IMG/VR virus record: IMGVR_UViG_3300044731_002337 | Span: 230,774 to 294,773 of that record | Reading direction: 5' to 3' (one strand) | Length of the DNA stretch: 64,000 bases | Shown: positions 10,163-18,700 of the stretch, in pieces | Layout of the letters: every line of letters begins with the position of its first letter | Numbering within the stretch: position 1 is the stretch's first letter | The notes under the pieces: generated by a model | Told to the model about the DNA's origin: nothing | The model's database searches: none | What the model saw: the letters and a program-made list of their open reading frames with translations, nothing else | Translations under genes and position numbers: made by a program

Positions 10163-10217
10163 GAAGAATTCCGATGTTGGATATCGGGGTAATTCAAAGT
10201 GGGAAAAAAAAACAGAG

Positions 10218-10751
10218 ATGGAGTGGATACAAACTTATTTCCGTTGGGGTGGAAGGCTTAAGGGGGTTATTCTTGGTATTGTGGATAGACAATCAAGATT
10301 AGTTACTGATTTTACGGAACTTGCATTACGTGATCAATATTTCATCAAGAGCTATGATGTGGAATCGCCATTGGAAAGTGTGGCTATGAAGCAAGGCTAT
10401 GGAGAAGTGATGGAAGATGGATATACCTATGATTTTGTGTCGAGGAATATTGATTCACCTTTGGTATGCAAGAAGTTGGAACAATTTTTACAATCAGTTG
10501 GTAAGGAGGAATCGGCTCTGATTGGACAAGTTTCAAATGAAGTTCAAATAGAAGTGATTCGACGTTATGGTGGAATAGTGATTGATATTTCAAGTCCAGT
10601 AAATCGACCATTAATCTCTAGTGTCGAGGTGGAAGGACATGTATTGGAATTTCCTTTGGTTCACCCCTCTTTACTTAAAGTGGATGCTGTGATTCCATGT
10701 GCTACAGTGGACCAAGTCTTGACCAAGATATATGAGTTACAAAAGAAGTAA
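10218..10751 (+). CDS. dNMP kinase-like protein, P-loop degenerate
   Basis: C-terminal half LIGQVSNEVQIEVIRRYGGIVIDIS...VDAVI resembles dNMP kinases (ISDVRFxNE..IR..GG.VI.I); ILGIVDRQSR lacks GxxGxGK. Confidence 0.45.
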   Translation: MEWIQTYFRWGGRLKGVILGIVDRQSRLVTDFTELALRDQYFIKSYDVESPLESVAMKQGYGEVMEDGYTYDFVSRNIDSPLVCKKLEQFLQSVGKEESALIGQVSNEVQIEVIRRYGGIVIDISSPVNRPLISSVEVEGHVLEFPLVHPSLLKVDAVIPCATVDQVLTKIYELQKK

Positions 10752-10778
10752 ATAAATAAAAAAAAGAAGAGAGGAAAC

Positions 10779-11351
10779 ATGGCGATTAATGTGCATTGTT
10801 TTGAGAATATGTCGGTACCTATGAAATGTAAAGATTGTTCATGTTATCGAGCTGGAGGTAATGAAGGGTTAAGTGCTGAACGTTTGAGTCACATATTGAG
10901 TAATCGAACTAAAGATATTGTATTGATTGATACGCCGAATCAGGTAAATGAATTAGTGGATTGGGAGGATGTGGCGGATATTGATTATCATATTGTAGCC
11001 ATGTCTGAGGGTATCATGAAGTTTGCTTATGTAACAGATCGTCATGGTATATTTTCACCACTTTTACCTGAGCAAGTGATTGGAATGGATGTAGTGGAAG
11101 CATTACCTAATTATTGGTATGGAATGTTAAAGAGGTATTATATCCAAACATTGGAAGGAAGGTTTAAAACGGCCATGTTAATGAAGATTGGTATGATTCG
11201 ATTGGTTCATACATTTCCAATGAAGGATAAAAAGGGGCAGATTATTGGGGCATTGATAATGATATTACCGCCAAGTATTCGTTTTCAAGCTGGTTTAGAG
11301 GAGATTGGTCATGAAGAGAGGACGGTTCCTATATCGCAAGTCATGGAATAA
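10779..11351 (+). CDS. stand-alone PAS/PAC domain protein with Cys-rich N-terminus
   Basis: PEQVIGMDVVEALP, YYIQTLEG, LVHTFPMKDKKGQIIGALIMI match the PAS_4/PAC pattern; HC-x8-CKDCSC at the N-terminus. Confidence 0.75.
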   Translation: MAINVHCFENMSVPMKCKDCSCYRAGGNEGLSAERLSHILSNRTKDIVLIDTPNQVNELVDWEDVADIDYHIVAMSEGIMKFAYVTDRHGIFSPLLPEQVIGMDVVEALPNYWYGMLKRYYIQTLEGRFKTAMLMKIGMIRLVHTFPMKDKKGQIIGALIMILPPSIRFQAGLEEIGHEERTVPISQVME

Positions 11352-11373
11352 AAAAAAGAAAAGAAAGAAAAAT

Positions 11374-12867
11374 ATGAGTATTCGAAAGGTATTTACATCG
11401 AATAAGAGGGTATGGTTTGGTGTAGCTTTAGTATGTATTGCTGTAGGTGTGGTAACATCGATGATTGTGAAGGATAGGAATTCAAGTGGACCTGCAGTGA
11501 AAGAGGGGGAATATATTGCCAATAATACTACGACCGTGAAAGGGGGTGTTGATAAGGTAGTGAATGTGGGAGAATCAGATACGAATAATGATGTGGTGAC
11601 AATATATGATCCGTCAATTGTTCCAGCATTGACAAGTGTGACTATTCAGGATGTATACAACACGAGTTTTGAGGCACATTTTGGGGATGCAATACCGCAC
11701 ATGACAAACTATGGGAGTACTTTTTGGTATTTGGAGAATGGGGAGGTATGGATGTATGTGGCAGGAGGAACATTGAGAGTCTATAAGAGTGAATGGCAGC
11801 TAAACAGTACAACAGGTAGACATGAATTAGTTAGGGATACTTTGAAAGCCACATTTACAACAGGAATAGGTCAGGTGTATAATGTAATGTCAGTAGGAAC
11901 AACGAATACGGTATTGGTAGCATGTGATTGGAATGTAAACGAGTTGAGATGGCCAACGCAGGTCAAGGTGATTACGAATTATGCAGTGTCAAGAGACATC
12001 TCAAGAACCTATAAATTGATGAGGGACGAGTTGTTTGGTAGAGGAATTCGATTTGGTGATGTGATGAGAATGGGGGGTAGTGATGATTTGATTTATATTC
12101 TTGGAGAAGAGTATAGCCCAGAGACCAAGCATGGAATTATCTATGTGTATGATGTGGTAGACTTTGATTTGGTACGAATGATTGTCGATCCTAAATTGGT
12201 AAGTTTATTGGTTGCTGGATATGAGTATGAAGAAAGTGTTAGTTATAATGGTCATAGTCTATCATTTGATGTATCGCCTGATGGATTATCGTTGGCTGTG
12301 GGATGGCCTAATGGAGATATTCGTGATACCTTGATTGCACTACCAGGAAGTCAACAACATATGCCTAAAGGATTTTTCATGTTATTTAATGATCAAGGTA
12401 AAGCTGTTACAAATCCATTAGATCCTTATATGTACATTACACGAATAACGAATAAGGAGGTGGCTACGGATGGACGATTTGGAAAGGTAGTGAGGTGGTG
12501 GACATCGAATTATGTTATGGTCACGACAAATGCGGATAATATTATATATACGTATGAGGTATCTGGGCAATCAACTCCTACTCTAGTTACTAAATTACGT
12601 TTTGCTGAGCGTGTAGTAGATATCAAATATCCTCACTTTGTATTGACGACCAGTTTTTTGTATTATGTCGATTGGCAGAGACCATTTACATCATCATCAT
12701 CGTCATCATCATCGTCGGGTTCCACTATCTCTACAGGGCAAGTAGTTACTGTAAACTCATTTGGGACATTTGTGATAAGGGATAAGCGAGCAGTTTTAAA
12801 GTATCAAAGTGGCAGAGCTATAAGTAATGCTTCATGGTATGAGATCATTGGTACTACTACAGGGTAA
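11374..12867 (+). CDS. type II membrane protein with predicted beta-propeller ectodomain
   Basis: N-terminal TM; beta-rich; FG-GAP/WD-like segments (FDVSPDGLSLAVGWP, GRFGKVV); ATG follows an A-tract. Confidence 0.6.
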   Translation: MSIRKVFTSNKRVWFGVALVCIAVGVVTSMIVKDRNSSGPAVKEGEYIANNTTTVKGGVDKVVNVGESDTNNDVVTIYDPSIVPALTSVTIQDVYNTSFEAHFGDAIPHMTNYGSTFWYLENGEVWMYVAGGTLRVYKSEWQLNSTTGRHELVRDTLKATFTTGIGQVYNVMSVGTTNTVLVACDWNVNELRWPTQVKVITNYAVSRDISRTYKLMRDELFGRGIRFGDVMRMGGSDDLIYILGEEYSPETKHGIIYVYDVVDFDLVRMIVDPKLVSLLVAGYEYEESVSYNGHSLSFDVSPDGLSLAVGWPNGDIRDTLIALPGSQQHMPKGFFMLFNDQGKAVTNPLDPYMYITRITNKEVATDGRFGKVVRWWTSNYVMVTTNADNIIYTYEVSGQSTPTLVTKLRFAERVVDIKYPHFVLTTSFLYYVDWQRPFTSSSSSSSSSGSTISTGQVVTVNSFGTFVIRDKRAVLKYQSGRAISNASWYEIIGTTTG

Positions 12868-12931
12868 AAACAAAAAAAAATGGGAATATATTTTTTCATA
12901 CACCCCAATAAAAAAAAACAAGAGACAGAAA

Positions 12932-13195
12932 ATGTCATTGACCGATAACGAAAAGATTGGTATTGGCGTTGGCGTTGGAGTTCCACTTGGACTTTTAGCT
13001 ATAGCATTGTTAATTTTCATTGCTTTGGCATGGTATGATCCAAATTCGTGGGCAGGGAGGAAATGGGCTAGATTGAGAGGAGGTAGTACTGATACTGCTC
13101 CACTCTTAACAGATCTGCAGCAGCAACAACCATCAGATCAACAAGGTCTAGACGGTGTTGAACAGTTAAGTGCTTATTCTTTATCCTTCTTCTAA
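12932..13195 (+). CDS. small single-TM protein
   Basis: KIGIGVGVGVPLGLLAIALLIFIAL Gly-rich TM; ATG follows an A-tract. Confidence 0.7.
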   Translation: MSLTDNEKIGIGVGVGVPLGLLAIALLIFIALAWYDPNSWAGRKWARLRGGSTDTAPLLTDLQQQQPSDQQGLDGVEQLSAYSLSFF

Positions 13196-13231
13196 AAATT
13201 AAAAGATGTAAGAAAAAAAGAAAAAAAAAAG

Positions 13232-14407
13232 ATGATAGTAGGATATACGACGGGGACTTTTGATTACCTGCATGAAGGACATATTCGTATTTTACGCGGT
13301 ATGAGAAAGTTGTGTGATCGTCTGATAGTAGGATTGACCACTGATGAATTGGCGGTGAAGCAAAAGAGGGCAACTATCATGTCATTTGATCATCGTCGGG
13401 TATTGTTGGAGAGTTGTAAGTGGGTATCTCATGTAGTGGAGCATCATGGGGAGTCTAAAATTGTAGCGTATGAAAAGTTACGGTTTCATAAATTATTTAT
13501 TGGGGATGATTATTTTGGATCTCGAGAGTATCTTGAGGTTAATGAAAAGTATCCTGAAGTAGAGATTGTGGTGATTCCAAGGACTTCCAATGTGTGTACA
13601 TCGCAGTTATGGGAGAGTTTAAATAAACGTGTGTTACATGACATGAGTATTATGCATATGGGTGTAGGATCAAGTGTCATTCGTCGCATTGGTGAACGTT
13701 TGGTGACCAAGACAATTAATTTAGGGTACACTGAAGTCTATGGTGAGCGAACAGCCAATGTATATCATTTTCCTATTCCTGTACCTCGTAATTGGGCCAG
13801 AGTGAATACTCCAGCAGTACATCCAAATTATCCTGGAGTGAATGGATTCCGGGAGATTGATGGAGGTGATATGTGGCATGGAAAGTCATGGTATCCTTAT
13901 GATGAGCATCGTGTCATTTATCAATCACCTCAAAAGTGGAGTTGTGTCTATCCTTTGGAGGAGAAGAAGCGTCCAAGTATGGTAGTGGAATTGATCGGTC
14001 GTTATGGTGGTGATACATTAGCACATTGGGTGGAATTCAAGTATCATCGTGATGAATTTCGAAGGTTGATTAAGCAAGTTTTAAGGATCATTATGGAGGA
14101 ATTGGCGCCTCAAGATTTTGTGCATGGTGATGTGCATTGTAGGAATGTGTTGGTGGATGGTCGTGGACAAGTCAGTTTAATTGATTTTGGGTGGTGCACG
14201 CATGGATCGTTTGTGATGCAGAGTGATGAACGTGAGGAGCATCAAAGTCGAGTGAAGGATTTATTTGATGTGATGCATTTTCGAGATAGTGTGGAAAAGT
14301 TATTGGTGGAGGAATTGGGATTAAGTTCGTTGTGGGGCGTTCATGCGACGGATTTTCTGACGTTTTCGAATGTACACAATGATGATAGGGAGCCACATGC
14401 AGAGTAG
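13232..14407 (+). CDS. cytidylyltransferase (TagD/ECT-like) fused to a kinase-like phosphotransferase domain
   Basis: GYTTGTFDYLHEGH (HxGH), LIVGLTTD, IGDDY, PRTSNVCTS; C-terminal FVHGDVHCRNVLV...LIDFGW. Confidence 0.85.
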   Translation: MIVGYTTGTFDYLHEGHIRILRGMRKLCDRLIVGLTTDELAVKQKRATIMSFDHRRVLLESCKWVSHVVEHHGESKIVAYEKLRFHKLFIGDDYFGSREYLEVNEKYPEVEIVVIPRTSNVCTSQLWESLNKRVLHDMSIMHMGVGSSVIRRIGERLVTKTINLGYTEVYGERTANVYHFPIPVPRNWARVNTPAVHPNYPGVNGFREIDGGDMWHGKSWYPYDEHRVIYQSPQKWSCVYPLEEKKRPSMVVELIGRYGGDTLAHWVEFKYHRDEFRRLIKQVLRIIMEELAPQDFVHGDVHCRNVLVDGRGQVSLIDFGWCTHGSFVMQSDEREEHQSRVKDLFDVMHFRDSVEKLLVEELGLSSLWGVHATDFLTFSNVHNDDREPHAE

Positions 14408-15682
14408 GAATGAGGAGGCAATTAATAAAATAACATGCCAGTTGCATAAACCTTGTTCGGGTATAGGTGTTGTGGTAATATAGGGTTCATTGGTCTTGGC
14501 TTCTTGATCTAAAGTAGGGGCCCATCGTTCGATAATGTCCCGTTGTTCTTTGGAGAAGTTTTGGTGGCCACATGTGATATGATGGGAGCCAGTGATGTAA
14601 TTGTTAGCACCTTGAACATTGATTAATTGTTGGCAGATATCCACTTTGCAGTCACGATCCATCATGCGTCGAAAGATAAATCCTTGTTCAAGACATTTGG
14701 GGCCAAAACAGATGACAGGTAATTCTGGGTTATTGATGAGTTTCTCTTCGCGTAGACAGGTACATGCTATATCATTGGGTGTAGTGGTGCAAAGGTTTGT
14801 GATATATGTTTCGCATTCAGATATGGGTAAATAAAAGGGGATATCTCCAATATACCATGGTTCACGACGGACACAACTATCGTATTTATGTTGTTCTTCA
14901 GTCTTGTTGCAGGTGATGGTAATGGATTTGATGAATGAGAGGACTTTTTCCTTTTTCACATTGTAAATGTATGGGGTGCCAAAGGAAGGTGGAGCAAGAT
15001 AGACTGGTGTATTGGTGAGGTCGCTATCACGTTGAGGCAATAGAGGGTCGCCCATGAAAGGGTAATTTATGCTATTGGGAAAATATTCGACCACATCCTC
15101 TGAGGGCAGGTTTTCATAGGCGCCATCAACATTAACTCGTCTTTTCTGGTAGGTGTACTTGAGCCATTCTTCTTCAAAAAATGGGTTATCACCCGCGTTA
15201 AAGAGTACGGTACCATTTAACGTAATGGAGCGTGTAGTGATTGTCTCGACATACCGAATAGGGTAAGATTTACTGTCACTAAACCTAAATAATATTTCCC
15301 TATCATTCACTTGTATATTGGCTGAATAGATAAACATGTCGAATGCCGCCTGATGTTCTGATTTGGGTACAATGGCTTTGGTAATCGTCACCGTATAGTG
15401 TTGAGGAACTATGATGGACCTAATTGGATTGAATAGATCTATATGTGCAACAAAGTGGCGACCATGGCGCAATTCAAATACGCTATGAGATGTGTTAGCG
15501 ATGTTAGAGTTACGTTGTAGTGAATTATTATCATAGTTGAATAGAACAGAATTAGTGGTTTCTTGAAAATCAACACTCGAAGACATGGACCATTTCATAC
15601 CATTACAATCAGGACCACTAAAAAAGAAAGGCTGTGGAATAGTAGAAGGTACATAATTCTTAAGAAATTTATAACAATCCAT
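14321..15682 (-). CDS. poxvirus A16/G9/J5-like Cys-rich membrane protein
   Basis: CETYITNLC...ACTCL...ICFGPKC...DCKVDICQQLIN...ITCG followed by a C-terminal TM. Confidence 0.7.
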   Translation of the reverse strand: MDCYKFLKNYVPSTIPQPFFFSGPDCNGMKWSMSSSVDFQETTNSVLFNYDNNSLQRNSNIANTSHSVFELRHGRHFVAHIDLFNPIRSIIVPQHYTVTITKAIVPKSEHQAAFDMFIYSANIQVNDREILFRFSDSKSYPIRYVETITTRSITLNGTVLFNAGDNPFFEEEWLKYTYQKRRVNVDGAYENLPSEDVVEYFPNSINYPFMGDPLLPQRDSDLTNTPVYLAPPSFGTPYIYNVKKEKVLSFIKSITITCNKTEEQHKYDSCVRREPWYIGDIPFYLPISECETYITNLCTTTPNDIACTCLREEKLINNPELPVICFGPKCLEQGFIFRRMMDRDCKVDICQQLINVQGANNYITGSHHITCGHQNFSKEQRDIIERWAPTLDQEAKTNEPYITTTPIPEQGLCNWHVILLIASSFLLCMWLPIIIVYIRKRQKIRRMNAPQRT

Positions 15683-15730
15683 TATTATCTTTTTCTTTTT
15701 GTATTGTGAGAGCGTAATAAAAGACTAGTT

Positions 15731-18700
15731 TTATTTTGGAAAAGGTGTTTTGGGTCGTGATGGTTGTGGAATAACAGGAGGAGGAGGAGGAGGAGGTGAT
15801 GTATTGAGTAAGGCTTTGATGGCACGTACAGTATTATACCACATCGGTTGATCTTGTTCATAGAAAGGTTGTGTTTTAATGTAATCTTGATACTCTTGTA
15901 AACGTGTAGCAAGTTCAACAAAACGAAGAGTGAGTAATGGTTTCTGTGGGTTATTCAAATCTCTCATGATGGCATTAGGTAAGGCTGAAATAGGTTTACC
16001 TTGTAGTTTGAATGTGATGAAATAGATGGTGTAGAAGCTGAGTAATAGGGGAGATAGATTGAATTTGGGGCAGGTAATAACATTGCGAGCTTCTAAAAGT
16101 TGATCCCCTTCAATTTTGGAGCCATTGATCCATTCCACAGTGATACCTTCGCCGAAAGCTGTACTCAAGGCGGCATCCAAGGCATCATTGCTGAATATGT
16201 CCATGCCTAATTTACCAAGGAGATCAACGCGATAGAGTTTCTTGGTTTGGGGTTCATAGATGAGAATGTTGGTATGTTTGGCGTAAGTAGAGGCGCTACT
16301 GACTTTCAAGAAAGCTATGCAGAATTGTTTGGTACTGGATTTCATATGGGCGATGAACTGTTCATGACGGTGACCAAGTGAAGTACCATTCCATACCATG
16401 AAGAATTCCAGATTATTGGTAGGAATAGCTACATCAACACTATGTACCTTGTCAAGTAAAGTTCGAAGAATACTATAGAGAGTAATAAGCATAAATTGAT
16501 TGTTACCTGAAAAGCCTTCATGAAGTCGTTTCATAGTATCACAAATGGTTTGAAGTTCTTTTGGTGTATATTCACGTTTGATTTGCATTTCTGTTTGATT
16601 GAATTCTAGGATTTGACGGTCAATGCCTGAGAAAACGGATGACATACTTGAGATATCAAACATGCCAGCCACGGTATCTGCTGTATCATAGTAACGGAAC
16701 GCTCCATTTGATCCTTCATGAAGTAGGATGAGGTCTGAGGAGATAACTTCTTCTTTATTGGTGGCATGCCATTTGATTTTATAGGTATCATTTTGCACAT
16801 CTTTGGATAGGATGACGGCTTGATTGCCCTGATCACCAATGACATCGTTAACATTGAATGCGGGGACGACAGCTTTGTGGGGTACGAGAACGGGGAAACT
16901 ATCTTCAGGTTTCATGGGGAAAGCCATTCCTTCATAGTAGATGACGTTATGACGATTGATACGGCGGTGTACTTTGAAAGGAATTTGGATATTGTTGCGA
17001 TCTAAATGTTTATTACCTTCATAATCTACGGCATTTCGTTTGGCAATGTTAAAGACGACACGACATAGATTTTCGCCTTTGCATCGTTCAAGATGTAATG
17101 TCTCTCGATGAACTTTTTCAAAAATGAATTGGCCATCACTGGAGGTGGAGCATAAGAGGACGATGCGGGTCATGGCGCCGAATCCATGATAGAATTTTTG
17201 GTTCTTGGATTTACACATGCGGGCAATACGACTTGAAGTTTGTTCAAATTCAGTGCGGGTACGACATGGTTCAATCATATACAATATAGGCACATCATAC
17301 AAATCAATACCTTCACGATTGTTGGCATCATAGATAAATAATTTGATTCGTTCACCATGAGGATTTAGTTTTGTATCATTGAAATTGTCACGAATACCTT
17401 TAGCCCGTGGATCCTCTGGTGCTTCATTTTCTTCCTCTTCTTGTTCTTCTTGTATTGCTGCTGCCTTCCTATTCTTCTTATTCTTAGGGGCGGCGGCAGG
17501 AGCTGCTTTTTTATTATTGTTTTTGGGGGCAGGATCCTTTTGTAGAGATGAGATATATACGAATGAGATTTTGGTGGGGTCAGGTGAAGCGGATAGATCA
17601 TTTGTCATATCTTGAAACCATTCAGGGAAACAATGGAGAGCCCATACAATCATTTCGGAACCATATAAATCCTTTGCTGCATCAGAGGTAGTATTACAAG
17701 TAAGAGAATATTTTTGGTTGGGATTTTTTTGATGCTCTTTACGAATATGGGTCATGAATTGGTATACGACAGGACAAAACATTTCAATCCAATGTTGTTT
17801 GGGTACATCATAATTTGGCCTATTCGTTATATTATCTGCACGTTTACCAATGATATTGGCTTCACCATACACAACACCATCTTTAACTTCCTGTTTCTTC
17901 CTTCCAGCTCCCCCCTTCTTTGGTTTGGCTGGTACTTCTCCTTCTACTTCTTCTTGTACTTGTTGTTTCTTATTCTTTCTGGGTTTCCTTTCTGGTTTGG
18001 GTTTAGTTACTATTACTTCATCTTCTACTTCATCTTCTGGTACTTGTTGTTTCTTATTCTTTCTTGGTTTCCTTTCTGGTTTGGGTTTAGGTACTGATTG
18101 TTTCAAGTCTACATTCTTGTTATTCTTCCTTGTTTGAAGTTTGTAATTTTTGGCATGAGCGATGGGTGGTTCATCAAGGAGTAGAGGAGGTTGATGTAGT
18201 GCGAGCCCCATTTCTTCATGTGTAAGTTGGAATGGGTTAACGATACCTTGACGTAATTGTTTGGTGAGTTGTTCATCTGTCTTCTTACTGTAAGTACGTG
18301 TAACGCCATCATAATTGAAGAAATCGAGTGAATCTTTACGGTGAAGAATTTCCTCATTGGTGATCTGGGTATCTGTCTTGTATTGGGAATAAATGGTCTC
18401 TCGAAGACGCTTGATGGATTCAGGGGTAGCATCAAATCGGGTGCGTGAGAATTCGGCGTACCAGCGTTCAATGACATCTTGGTGTGGTAGGTGATTAGAC
18501 GAATCATACATCATGGAGAGTTGGAAAAAGCGTTGGTAGATATCTTCATGATCAACACCCTGAGCTTGTAATGTCTTGACGTGATGGAGAATCTGTTGAT
18601 AGTGAATTTGGAAAAGGGGAACACTAATGACTTCTGAAATGACTTTTTGGGCAAACTTGGTTGGATCTTTATTTGCTGGAGCATAGGTAGTGTTATGATC

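Noticed and set aside
10166-10195. Imperfect hairpin gaattccgat...atcgg..aattc between divergent genes
   Set aside because: Short bulged stem, single instance; not distinguishable from chance
17365-18507. Short antisense and alternate-frame ORFs inside the large helicase (and similar ones inside other long genes)
   Set aside because: Shadow ORFs from low-complexity, skewed sequence; no leaders or motifs
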